Below, in pieces: positions 1-9,145 of a DNA stretch of 64,000 bases (position 1 is its first letter; the number at the start of each line of letters is the position of its first letter). The notes beneath the pieces were generated by a model. It had not been told where the DNA came from and did not search any database. It was given only the letters and a program-made list of their open reading frames with translations. The DNA comes from Betaproteobacteria bacterium (GTDB taxonomy: Bacteria > Pseudomonadota > Gammaproteobacteria > Burkholderiales > Usitatibacteraceae). Location: NCBI GenBank assembly GCA_025362135.1, contig JANYHZ010000281.1, positions 6,389-70,388 on the forward strand, read 5' to 3'. A program made the position numbers and the translations under genes.

Positions 1-1
1 G

Positions 2-382
2 ATGGATATCGAAACCAACGGTGCCATCGAGCCCGAAGAAGCTGTCCGTTACGCCGCTCGCGTTCTGGTCGATCAGCTCTCCGTATTTGCTGACCTCCAA
101 GGCACGCCGATGCAGGCGGAAGAAGCCAAAATGCCGCAGATCGATCCGATCCTGTTGCAGCCGGTGGACGACCTCGAACTCACGGTGCGTTCTGCAAATT
201 GCCTCAAAGCAGAAAACATTTACTACATCGGAGATCTGATCCAGCGCACCGAAAACGAACTGTTGAAAACACCGAATTTGGGCCGCAAGTCGTTGAACGA
301 AATCAAGGAAGTACTTGCAAGCAAAGGTTTGACGCTCGGCATGAAGCTCGAGAATTGGCCGGTTGCAGGCGTCACCAAGTAA
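2..382 (+). CDS. rpoA: RNA polymerase alpha subunit, C-terminal part (5' end outside window)
   Basis: The frame is open from the window edge. It carries the alpha-CTD signature [48 protein letters not shown] and is followed by rplQ, as in the conserved alpha operon. Confidence 0.95.
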   Translation: MDIETNGAIEPEEAVRYAARVLVDQLSVFADLQGTPMQAEEAKMPQIDPILLQPVDDLELTVRSANCLKAENIYYIGDLIQRTENELLKTPNLGRKSLNEIKEVLASKGLTLGMKLENWPVAGVTK

Positions 383-391
383 ATTGCGGTT

Positions 392-423
392 GTCCCGATG
401 CAGTGATATCACTGCATCGGGAC
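392..423. repeat. Perfect 32-nt palindrome (stem-loop) in the rpoA-rplQ spacer
   Basis: GTCCCGATGCAGTGATATCACTGCATCGGGAC equals its own reverse complement. It is followed by caagTTTTT. Confidence 0.9.
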
Positions 424-521
424 CAAGTTTTTGCAGTAAATATTTTTCAAACCCATAACGATACCACCGCTGGCTTAAGCGTCTTAAGCAAAACAGCCAA
501 GAGACTACAAAGGAAACAACC

Positions 522-920
522 ATGAAACATCGTCACGGATTAAAGAAGCTCAATAAAACGTCGTCGCATCGACTGGCGATGTTCCGCAACATGACTAACT
601 CACTCCTGTTGCACGAAGTTATCAAGACCACGCTGCCGAAAGCCAAAGCGCTTCGCAAGGTGTTCGAACCCATCATCACCCTTGGCAAAGAACCGACGCT
701 GGCCAACAGGCGTCTCGCGTTCAACCGCCTGCGTGATCGCGACATGGTCACGAAATTGTTCGACGTGCTTGGCCCGCGCTACAAGTCGCGCGCTGGCGGC
801 TACATGCGAATCCTCAAGTTCGGTTTCCGCGTTGGCGATAACGCACCAATGGCACTGATTGAACTGGTTGATCGTCCGGAAATTTCTGCCGCGCCGACGG
901 CGGAAACGACAGGCGAATAA
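522..920 (+). CDS. rplQ: 50S ribosomal protein L17
   Basis: The N-terminus [46 protein letters not shown] is typical of L17, and the gene follows rpoA. Confidence 0.97.
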   Translation: MKHRHGLKKLNKTSSHRLAMFRNMTNSLLLHEVIKTTLPKAKALRKVFEPIITLGKEPTLANRRLAFNRLRDRDMVTKLFDVLGPRYKSRAGGYMRILKFGFRVGDNAPMALIELVDRPEISAAPTAETTGE

Positions 921-921
921 A

Positions 922-991
922 AATCTGCTTAACGCATGAAATAAAAAAGCCGGGCAAGCCCGGCTTTTTTATTTCATGCGTTAAGCAGATT
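922..991. terminator. 70-nt perfect palindrome with a GC core and A/T runs; probable bidirectional terminator between rplQ and aspS
   Basis: Bases 922-955 pair perfectly with 958-991. The core is GCCGGGC-AA-GCCCGGC, flanked by AAAAAA on one side and TTTTTT on the other. Confidence 0.7.
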
Positions 992-1157
992 GTAAAAACG
1001 TGATCGAAATTCCATTTCTACACTGCTATTTCCAGCACGTGCACATGTAAAGCGCCAGCTGACGGGCGTTTTTGGCCGAATACGGCTGATAATGCCCGTC
1101 AATGGTAGAGTTTGCCCTTTTTCCGGAATGGTCTCTGCTTCAGCTGCGAGAACTACG

Positions 1158-2942
1158 CTACGTGTTTTGGGTGGCGCTACGCAATTTAATGTGCAGCTCT
1201 CGCAATTGTTTCTCCGGCACGGTTGTTGGCGCATCGACCATCAAATCCTGCCCCCGTTGTGTTTTTGGGAAGGCGATCACATCGCGGATCGAGTCCCACT
1301 TTTCGCACATCAGCGTCACCGAACGATCGAGGCCAAAAGCGATGCCACCCATCGGTGGCGCGCCGTATTCGAGCGCATCGAGCAGGAAACCGAATTTGGT
1401 GCGTTGATCTTCCGTTGAAATACCGAGCGTCTTGAATTGCTTTTGCTGAAGCGCCGGCTGGTGAATGCGCACCGAGCCACCGCCAAGCTCCCAACCGTTC
1501 ATCGCCACGTCATATGCCTTCGCCAACACTTTCGAAGGATCAGTGTCCATCAATGCAATATGCTCGTCCTTGGGTGCGGTAAATGGGTGATGCGCGGACA
1601 CGTAGCGATTGTTCTCTTCATCGAAGTCGTACGCCGGAAAGTCGACCACCCACACCGGTTTATATCCGGCTTCGGCGAATCCTTTCGCATGACCAATCTT
1701 CACACGCAACGCACCCAGCGTGTCGTAGACCACGTTCGATTTATCGGCGCAAAAGAAAATGAGATCACCAGACTTGGCACCGCATGCATCAATGATTTTT
1801 GCCAGCACTGCCTCGGACAAAAACTTCACAATCGGCGATTGCAGACCTTCGGCGTTGAGCTTGCTGGCATCGTTGACTTTGATATACGCAAGTCCCTTTG
1901 CACCGTAAATTGCGGCAAATGCCGCTAGATCATCAATCTCTTTGCGGGCGAACATGGCATTACCGCCCGGCACATTCAGCGCCGCCACGCGACCGTTCCT
2001 GGCGTTGGCCATGTCAACAAACACTTTGAAGCCGGAATCTCGAACAATGTCAGTCAACTCAGTGAGTTCAAGTTTGACGCGCAGATCAGGCTTGTCGGAG
2101 CCGTACCTGGCCATCGCATCGGCATAGGTGATCCGCGGGAAATCCGGCAGATCCACACCGACACCCGCTTTCCACATTGCCTTGACGAGGCCTTCCATGA
2201 TGTCCTGGATTTCACGTTCATTCAGGAATGAGGTTTCGATATCGATCTGTGTGAACTCGGGCTGGCGATCTGCACGCAGGTCTTCGTCACGAAAGCATTT
2301 CACGATCTGGTAGTAGCGGTCAAAGCCTGACACCATCAGCAGTTGCTTGAACAATTGCGGGCTCTGCGGCAAGGCATAAAACTGGCCGTCGTGCATTCGG
2401 GATGGCACCAGAAATTCACGCGCACCTTCCGGTGTGGATTTGTAGAGTACCGGTGTTTCGATATCGATGAAACCATGCCTGTCCAGATACTGTCGTACAG
2501 CCATGGCGATACGATAACGCATGCGCAAATTCTTTTGCATGGTATCGCGCCGCAAATCGATATAGCGGTACTTGAGACGCACTTCCTCGCTGATGTTTTC
2601 GTCGTCGATCATGAATGGCGGAGTCAGTGCGGCATTGAGGATCTCAACTTTCGAGGCAAGCACTTCTATTTCGCCACTCTTCAGATTGGAGTTGATGGTG
2701 CCTTCGGGACGCGGACGCACTTTGCCAACAACCTTGAGCACGAATTCGCTGCGCGTTTTGTCAGCCGTTTGAAAGGCGGCTGGCGTATCGGGATCAATGA
2801 CGACCTGTACCAGCCCTTCGCGATCACGCAGGTCGATGAAGATGACGCCGCCGTGGTCGCGCCGCCGATGTGCCCAGCCAAACAGGGTGACTTGCTGTCC
2901 CAGGTATTGCGTGTCGATGAAGCCGCAGTAGTTGGTTCTCAT
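1158..2942 (-). CDS. aspS: Aspartate--tRNA ligase
   Basis: The N-terminus MRTNYCG...[19 protein letters not shown] and the class II motifs [18 protein letters not shown] and GGIAFGLDR identify AspRS. I chose the ATG at 2942; the track start at 2957 is a TTG five codons upstream. Confidence 0.96.
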   Translation of the reverse strand: MRTNYCGFIDTQYLGQQVTLFGWAHRRRDHGGVIFIDLRDREGLVQVVIDPDTPAAFQTADKTRSEFVLKVVGKVRPRPEGTINSNLKSGEIEVLASKVEILNAALTPPFMIDDENISEEVRLKYRYIDLRRDTMQKNLRMRYRIAMAVRQYLDRHGFIDIETPVLYKSTPEGAREFLVPSRMHDGQFYALPQSPQLFKQLLMVSGFDRYYQIVKCFRDEDLRADRQPEFTQIDIETSFLNEREIQDIMEGLVKAMWKAGVGVDLPDFPRITYADAMARYGSDKPDLRVKLELTELTDIVRDSGFKVFVDMANARNGRVAALNVPGGNAMFARKEIDDLAAFAAIYGAKGLAYIKVNDASKLNAEGLQSPIVKFLSEAVLAKIIDACGAKSGDLIFFCADKSNVVYDTLGALRVKIGHAKGFAEAGYKPVWVVDFPAYDFDEENNRYVSAHHPFTAPKDEHIALMDTDPSKVLAKAYDVAMNGWELGGGSVRIHQPALQQKQFKTLGISTEDQRTKFGFLLDALEYGAPPMGGIAFGLDRSVTLMCEKWDSIRDVIAFPKTQRGQDLMVDAPTTVPEKQLRELHIKLRSATQNT

Positions 2943-3133
2943 AATGGGTTCCGGCAATTTTTTGCGATGAAATTAATTTGGCCAATTCGTGGCCGTACTT
3001 TGGTCGAGAAACGCGCTGTTTTTTTTGCGGCAGCAATGGCTGCATGGAAGGCAGACTTTCTACTCGGTGCTCCCGGGTAAGAAATGACAGCGATTTTTTG
3101 TGCGAGGCCGCAGCCGGCAGAAGCGAACGCCAA

Positions 3134-3784
3134 CTACGGCTGCGGATTGGGGTCGGTGCCGGATGTTCTCATCTCGGTGCCGTTCCTGTGATTGGGTCGC
3201 GGCGGTTCAGCGACGCCCATGGAGATGATGTATCTCAGTGCTTCGTCCACACTCATGTTAAGCGGGCGCACTTCGGATTTCTGCACGAGCAGGAAAAATC
3301 CTGCGGTTATGTTGGGCGTGGTCGGTACGAACACCGCGTAATACTCGAAGCCGAGATGATCGGTGACTTCATGCTGCGGTTCGCCCGTCAGTAGCGCGAC
3401 TGTCCAGGTATCGTGTTGCGGATATCTCACCAGCACGGCTTTGCGGAAGGCCTTGCCCTCAGGCGAAAATAACGTGTCTGATATCTGCTTCACGCCGCCG
3501 TAGATCGAACGCACGATCGGGATGCGTTGCAGCACGAGGTGCCACCAGTGCAGGAGTTTCTTGCCAAAAAAATTTGCGGCAATCACGCCAGTGAGAAGCA
3601 CGATGCTCACGGTGAGAATCACGCCCAGGCCGGGAATGTGCACGCCCAACAAGGCCTCGGTGCGGAATCGCTCCGGAAGCAGAAGGAGGGACTGGTCCAT
3701 CGTATCGATCAGCAATTTCAATACCCAGCCGGTAATCACCAGGGGTATCCAGACCAATAGTCCGGCGATCAAATATTTGCGCAC
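3134..3784 (-). CDS. DUF502-family membrane protein
   Basis: It has two N-terminal TM helices (LIAGLLVWIPLVITGWVL and LGVILTVSIVLLTGVIAANF). The later motifs and its position next to aspS are typical of DUF502. Confidence 0.75.
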   Translation of the reverse strand: MRKYLIAGLLVWIPLVITGWVLKLLIDTMDQSLLLLPERFRTEALLGVHIPGLGVILTVSIVLLTGVIAANFFGKKLLHWWHLVLQRIPIVRSIYGGVKQISDTLFSPEGKAFRKAVLVRYPQHDTWTVALLTGEPQHEVTDHLGFEYYAVFVPTTPNITAGFFLLVQKSEVRPLNMSVDEALRYIISMGVAEPPRPNHRNGTEMRTSGTDPNPQP

Positions 3785-3802
3785 GCGTTCACTCTTTCGT
3801 GC

Positions 3803-4186
3803 TTACTTGGCGGGTACCGACGCTGCGGGCGCTGGGGTCGTGGCCGAGGGTGTTGAGGGCGCGCTGGGCGCTGGCGTTGCGGGCGAAACCGTGGTTGTCT
3901 CAGTCTTCGCGTCGGCTTTGGTTTCCGATTTGGTTTCCACCTTGCCGTCCGACGCAGCCTCTGACTTCGCGGCATCTGTTTTCGGGTCTCCGGCAGGTTT
4001 CTTGCCGTCGCGGAAATCAGTCACGTACCAGCCGCTACCCTTCAGTTGAAATCCAGGTGCCGTTAACTGTTTGGCGAACGTGGCACTACCGCAGGCAGGG
4101 CAAACCGTCAGTGGATCGGCGCTGATTTTTTGCAGCACATCCTTGGCGTGTCCACAGGACGAACATTTATAGGCATAGATTGGCAT
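3803..4186 (-). CDS. FmdB-family zinc-ribbon protein with an A/P/T/K-rich tail
   Basis: MPIYAYKCSSCGH...VCPACGS provides the CxxC...CxxC zinc ribbon. The C-terminal half is low complexity. Confidence 0.8.
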   Translation of the reverse strand: MPIYAYKCSSCGHAKDVLQKISADPLTVCPACGSATFAKQLTAPGFQLKGSGWYVTDFRDGKKPAGDPKTDAAKSEAASDGKVETKSETKADAKTETTTVSPATPAPSAPSTPSATTPAPAASVPAK

Positions 4187-4317
4187 GGCGGGCTTTGGGG
4201 AATCTCAAAGAGTGCGAGTACGCGCGATGAAAGGAGCCGCATCAGGACGCACTGCATTTAATAACTTGTTATTTTAACACAAGCACTTAGCGCGCTTGTG
4301 CAGTGCGGCATAAACCG

Positions 4318-5145
4318 CTATTTGATCACCAATTTGTCGAGTTCTGCCGGTGGGTCCGGGTAACACATTTTCAGGCCGCGCAGTGTGCTGACCAACACCG
4401 AGCAGACATACAAGTCGCGCACCCAGTTTCGGTCCGCCGGGACGATGTACCACGGCGCGTGCGGGCTTGACGTGGCATTGATCGCTCCCTCATAAACGCG
4501 CTGATAGTCATCCCATTTTTCTCGCGCGACCAGATCTCCCGGATTGAATTTCCATTTCTTCGCGTCATCGTCGAGCCTGTCCTGCAGCCGCTGCTTTTGC
4601 TCGTCTTTGGAGATGTGCAGAAAGAATTTGAGAATGATGGTCCCTTCTTCCACCAGCATCGCCTCGAAATTGTTGATCTGCCGGAAGCGCCGCTTGGCAG
4701 TGCGGTCATCAATCCATCCCTCGACGCGGGTGATGAGCACATCTTCATAGTGGCTGCGATTGAAAACCACCATTTCCCCCTTGGCCGGAACCCGCTCATG
4801 AACCCGCCAGAGATAATCATGGTCGAGCTCCGTGGAAGTCGGTGCTTTGAAGCTCGCAACGTGAATGCCGAGCGGATTCATGCCCGAAAACACCTTGCGA
4901 ATGACGCCGTCTTTGCCGCCTGTATCCATGGCCTGCAGCACCACCAGCACTTTGTGTTTGTGTTCGGCGTAAAGCACCTGCTGCAATTCCACCAGTTGCG
5001 CATTCAATTGCGCAAAGATGGCGATCGTAGCAGCCTTGTCGCCGCGGAAACTGCAAGTGGAGCGTGGATCGATATCCGCGAGCTTTGCTTTTCCATTCGC
5101 AATGATCGGGCGTATGGTTTTGATATCTTCAGCTTTCTTGACCAT
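4318..5145 (-). CDS. Polyphosphate kinase 2 (PPK2) family protein
   Basis: It has the P-loop-like motif QAMDTGGKDG and the lid motif FNRSHYEDVLITRV. I set the start at ATG 5145, which is preceded by GGGAGA. The longer track ORF (to 5385) would overlap the divergent ROK gene. Confidence 0.85.
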   Translation of the reverse strand: MVKKAEDIKTIRPIIANGKAKLADIDPRSTCSFRGDKAATIAIFAQLNAQLVELQQVLYAEHKHKVLVVLQAMDTGGKDGVIRKVFSGMNPLGIHVASFKAPTSTELDHDYLWRVHERVPAKGEMVVFNRSHYEDVLITRVEGWIDDRTAKRRFRQINNFEAMLVEEGTIILKFFLHISKDEQKQRLQDRLDDDAKKWKFNPGDLVAREKWDDYQRVYEGAINATSSPHAPWYIVPADRNWVRDLYVCSVLVSTLRGLKMCYPDPPAELDKLVIK

Positions 5146-5283
5146 GAATTTTGTCTCCCTCACCCCGCCCTTTCTCAAGGGAGAGGGTGAAAAATAGCCC
5201 GCTTTAAAGGCGATACGTGCCGTATGTGGTTGCTCGCTGCATAATCGCATATTCCCTTCTTCGCAACAAACGCAAACGCTTCC

Positions 5284-6213
5284 ATGATCCGGTTCGGCAT
5301 TGACCTGGGCGGTACAAAAATCGAAATACTCGCGCTCGATGAGTCGGGCAGCGAGCGCTACCGCCAGCGTGTCGCCACGCCGCATGGGAGTTATGTCGAA
5401 ACGCTGGATGCGATTGTGAAACTGGTAACGGATGGAGAGACTGCATTGGGTGAGACGGGCACGGTTGGTATCGCCACACCGGGCGCGATTTCTCGCGCAC
5501 CCGCAAAAAATGCCGGTAGGATAAAAAATGCCAACTCGACCTGCCTCAATGGTGAGCCGCTGGTGGACGATCTTCAGTCGGCACTGTCGCGTGAAATCCG
5601 CATTGAAAATGACGCGAATTGCTTTGCGCTATCCGAGGCCACCGACGGCGCAGCAGCGGGCGCGACAGGCGTATTCGGTGTCATTCTCGGCACGGGAACC
5701 GGCGGCGGAATTTGTATCAATGGCCGCATCTTGACGGGGGCCAACGCGATTGGCGGCGAGTGGGGACACAACCCCCTGCCCTGGCCTCGAACCGATGAGC
5801 GCACGGGACACGCGTGCTATTGCGGACAACACGGTTGCATCGAGACCTGGCTTTCTGGCACGGCATTGGCAAGACATTTTCTTGAAGATACAGGCCGCGT
5901 TTTGAGTGGAGCGGAGATTGTCGCCAATGCAGCGCATGACCCAGCTTGCGAAGCTGCGCTACTCGCCTATGAAGATCGTCTCGCGCGAAGCCTCGCAACG
6001 ATCATCAACGTGATCGACCCGGATGTGATCGTACTCGGCGGTGGACTATCCAATGTGCCGCGCTGGTATGCCAGTGTGCCAAAACTCTGGACAAAATATG
6101 TGTTTAGCGACTACGTCGCGACGCATCTCGTACCACCAAAATTTGGCGACTCGAGTGGCGCGCGAGGTGCGGCATGGCTATGGAACAGCAACCAAACTCA
6201 ATCTAACCGGTAA
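5284..6213 (+). CDS. ROK-family sugar kinase (NagK/Mak-like)
   Basis: It has the ATP-binding motif FGIDLGGTK, then ENDANCFALSEA, and the zinc motif GEWGH...CYCGQHGCIETWLSG. It appears collinear with E. coli NagK. Confidence 0.85.
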   Translation: MIRFGIDLGGTKIEILALDESGSERYRQRVATPHGSYVETLDAIVKLVTDGETALGETGTVGIATPGAISRAPAKNAGRIKNANSTCLNGEPLVDDLQSALSREIRIENDANCFALSEATDGAAAGATGVFGVILGTGTGGGICINGRILTGANAIGGEWGHNPLPWPRTDERTGHACYCGQHGCIETWLSGTALARHFLEDTGRVLSGAEIVANAAHDPACEAALLAYEDRLARSLATIINVIDPDVIVLGGGLSNVPRWYASVPKLWTKYVFSDYVATHLVPPKFGDSSGARGAAWLWNSNQTQSNR

Positions 6214-6251
6214 TCGCAATGAGCCCTGCACCTTTGTCACTCCCGTCAAGT

Positions 6252-7232
6252 ATGAAATATGTTGCGACCAGCGGCCCCGGTGCCGCCGAGGTCTTGCATG
6301 TCGCCACCGGCCCGTTACCAATGATTGGCGAAAGTGACGTACTGATCAAAGTCGAATACGCTGGCGTGAATCGTCCCGATGTCGCGCAGCGATCCGGCAC
6401 CTATGCGCCTCCGCCAGGTGCATCCCCCATCATGGGACTGGAAGTGTCAGGCAAGATTGCCGCAGTCGGTGCTGCGGTCATGCAATGGCGTGTGGGTGAT
6501 GCGGTCTGTGCATTGACGCCCGGTGGTGGCTATGCCGAATTTTGTACAACACCTGCCGCGCATTGCCTGCCAATTCCGCGCGGCTTGGCTATGCTGGAGG
6601 CGGCAGGCGTACCGGAAAATTTTTTCACTGTTTGGGTGAATGTATTTGACACCTGCAATCTTGAAGCAGGCGAATCGTTTTTGGTGCACGGCGGCTCTTC
6701 TGGCATCGGTCTCACCGCGATCCAGCTCGCGAAAGCGTTTGGCGCAACCGTGTTCACCACCGTAGGCAATGAGGAAAAATTGGCTTTTTGCAAGAACATC
6801 GGCGCAGACCATGTATTCAATTACAAAACGCAGGAATGGGCCAATGAGATTTTTGCCATCACGCAAAAGAAAGGCGTGAATGTGATTCTCGATATGGTGG
6901 GCGGCAGCTATATTGAAAAAAATCTGCGCTCGCTGGCGCTGGAAGGCCGCTACTGCTTCATCGCGTTCCTCGAGGGCGGCAAAGCCGAGGTTGATTTCCG
7001 GCCACTGATGATGAAACGTCAGACCATTACCGGTTCCACCCTCCGCGCGCGACCGGACGCACAAAAAAGCGCAATTGCCGTTTCGCTAAGAGAAAAAGTG
7101 TGGCCGCTACTGGAAGCAAAAAAAGTGAAGCCCGTAATCCATAAAACCTTCCTGTTGAAAGAAGTCGTTGACGCCCACCAGTTGATGGAGTCGAGCGTGC
7201 ATATCGGAAAAATTATGTTGAAGGTATGTTGA
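6252..7232 (+). CDS. NAD(P)H:quinone oxidoreductase, zeta-crystallin/PIG3-type MDR
   Basis: It has GVNRPD, the nucleotide-binding motif VHGGSSGIGLTAIQLAK, and a C-terminal HIGKIML. The start is uncertain: 6252 gives the typical MKYV... N-terminus, while the track uses 6219. Confidence 0.8.
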   Translation: MKYVATSGPGAAEVLHVATGPLPMIGESDVLIKVEYAGVNRPDVAQRSGTYAPPPGASPIMGLEVSGKIAAVGAAVMQWRVGDAVCALTPGGGYAEFCTTPAAHCLPIPRGLAMLEAAGVPENFFTVWVNVFDTCNLEAGESFLVHGGSSGIGLTAIQLAKAFGATVFTTVGNEEKLAFCKNIGADHVFNYKTQEWANEIFAITQKKGVNVILDMVGGSYIEKNLRSLALEGRYCFIAFLEGGKAEVDFRPLMMKRQTITGSTLRARPDAQKSAIAVSLREKVWPLLEAKKVKPVIHKTFLLKEVVDAHQLMESSVHIGKIMLKVC

Positions 7233-7354
7233 GTTTTCGCCAGGTAGGAATGGCAAACTCTATAACTGGCGCGGCGTTTGGCCATAAAATTCGCCACGAG
7301 CCGCCACAGCGCTTGAGTTTCGCATTGAATTTTTTGCTACAAAGCTAAACCACT

Positions 7355-7798
7355 ATGTTTGGGCGTGCTTTCACGAACATTTCGCTCGCTGCGTTGGCGT
7401 CAATTGTGGCTTGCGTAAACCTGCCCACCGATGGAGAACCTTCGTTCTCATTGACCCGCGTCACCGATGCGCAGAAATTCGTCGTCACACTCAAACCGTT
7501 GACGGAGCCGGTAGCCATCAATCAGATTCATTCGTGGCGTATCAAGTTAACGACGGCCTCGGGCGCGCCTGTCACGAAGGCGGTTTTCTATGTCGGCGGC
7601 GGTATGCCAGATCATGGTCATGGATTTCCAACGTATCCGCGCGTGACTGAGCAGCTTGGCGATGGTACTTACCTTCTGGAAGGCATGAAATTCAGCATGC
7701 ATGGACGGTGGGAGATAAAGTTCGCCATCCAGGCCGCCGACGTGTCGGATATGGTGACGTTCAATACGATGGTTGCGCTTCCGGCAACCGGTAAGTAA
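7355..7798 (+). CDS. Lipoprotein with a YtkA/FixH-like domain
   Basis: It has a signal peptide with a lipobox (LASIVAC, Cys20). The later motifs GGGMPDHGHGFP and GMKFSMHGRWEIKF resemble the YtkA-like fold. Confidence 0.6.
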   Translation: MFGRAFTNISLAALASIVACVNLPTDGEPSFSLTRVTDAQKFVVTLKPLTEPVAINQIHSWRIKLTTASGAPVTKAVFYVGGGMPDHGHGFPTYPRVTEQLGDGTYLLEGMKFSMHGRWEIKFAIQAADVSDMVTFNTMVALPATGK

Positions 7799-9119
7799 TT
7801 TCGGTGCAGACCATCTTGAGGCAATCTTGACTTCAACGATTCGAATCGCAACGGCGACGTGCCTGGCGGCGCTAATCGTGGGTCAGTCCGACGCAGGTTT
7901 GGCCAAAGATGGTGTTGTCGGCGTAGTAACATTTGATGATGGCTGGAGTGCAACCGAGATTGACATTCTGGCCTCATTGCGGCTGAGCCAATTGCCGACG
8001 GTGCCGCAAGATCCATCGAACGCATTTGAAAAAAATCTGGCGGCTATCGCCTTGGGCGAAAAGTTTTTTTTTGATTCCCGCTTCAGCCGCAACAGCGCCG
8101 TGTCGTGCGCCAGTTGCCATGATCCGAACCGGTATTTCCAGGACGACCGGCCTCTTGCGCAGGGCGTCGGTATCGCTACGCGTCGCACACCGTCGATCAT
8201 CGGCGCAGGACACAGCCCGTGGCTGTTCTGGGATGGCCGGAAAGACAGCCTGTGGTCGCAGGCGCTCGCGCCAATCGAAGATGGTTTGGAGTACGGGGGC
8301 AATCGCACGCAAGTGGCGCATCGGGTGCGGCGCTACTATGCAGACGAGTACGATGCGGTGTTCGGAAAAATACCCGATCTCCCACATCGTGAAGTCGATG
8401 CGAGTCCGCTCGGATCGCCGGCAGAGAAGTTGGCTTGGAATGAAATGGACGCAAAGATCCAGGACGGCATCTCGCGCGTATTCGCCAATGTCGGCAAAGC
8501 CATCGCCGCCTTTGAGAAAACTCTCCTCCATGGTGAATCGCGCTTTGACGCTTATGTCAAAAGCATTTTGGACAAGAGCCACGTAACGGTGCTCACGCAA
8601 CGCGAATTGAATGGGCTACGAATTTTTATCGGCAAAGGGAGATGCGTCACCTGTCACGCTGGCCCGTTATTCACGGATCATCATTTTCATAGTACCCGAG
8701 TGACAGAACGCGACCCGGCAAATCCCGATCAGGGCCGCGCAGCCGCGGTGCGCAGAATCCAGCAGGACGAATTCAATTGCCTTGGTCGATTTAGCGATGC
8801 GAATCCGGCGCAATGCGAAGAGCTGCGCTTCATGGTAACCAACGACCCGGCGATTTTGCGCGCCTTCAAGACGCCCGGCCTGCGCAATGTTGCCCTCAGG
8901 CCTCCCTACATGCACGCCGGACAGCTCTCATCGTTGCGGGACGTCATTGACCATTATGTGCGGGCACCCGACGCAGCGCTTGGGCCCGATGGGATGACAC
9001 ATAAGCTGGGCTTCAATTCAGAGTTACGACCCGTGCCGCTTTCGGAACAGGAAATTCAGGACCTCATCGATTTTCTCGCCTCACTTTCCGGCGGCGCGAA
9101 CCAACGCAGGGTGCCCTGA
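7773..9119 (+). CDS. Dihaem cytochrome c peroxidase / MauG-family protein
   Basis: There are two CXXCH sites: CASCH (8106-8120) and CVTCH (8643-8657). It also has the CCP-family motifs RRTPSIIGAG and LFWDGRKDSLWSQALAPIE. A TTG at 7827 with GAGG upstream is an alternative start. Confidence 0.85.
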   Translation: MRFRQPVSNFGADHLEAILTSTIRIATATCLAALIVGQSDAGLAKDGVVGVVTFDDGWSATEIDILASLRLSQLPTVPQDPSNAFEKNLAAIALGEKFFFDSRFSRNSAVSCASCHDPNRYFQDDRPLAQGVGIATRRTPSIIGAGHSPWLFWDGRKDSLWSQALAPIEDGLEYGGNRTQVAHRVRRYYADEYDAVFGKIPDLPHREVDASPLGSPAEKLAWNEMDAKIQDGISRVFANVGKAIAAFEKTLLHGESRFDAYVKSILDKSHVTVLTQRELNGLRIFIGKGRCVTCHAGPLFTDHHFHSTRVTERDPANPDQGRAAAVRRIQQDEFNCLGRFSDANPAQCEELRFMVTNDPAILRAFKTPGLRNVALRPPYMHAGQLSSLRDVIDHYVRAPDAALGPDGMTHKLGFNSELRPVPLSEQEIQDLIDFLASLSGGANQRRVP

Positions 9120-9145
9120 AGACCGCGGGCCCAAAGTCTTGCGAC

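Noticed and set aside
2343-3080. A 245-aa plus-strand ORF
   Set aside because: It lies antisense to aspS across almost its whole length and has no motif. It is a typical shadow ORF in moderately GC-rich DNA.
4318-5385. The long 355-aa form of the PPK2 ORF
   Set aside because: The extra 80 N-terminal codons have no PPK2 similarity and would overlap the divergent ROK gene start at 5284. The internal ATG at 5145 has a GGGAGA Shine-Dalgarno sequence and gives a normal-length PPK2.
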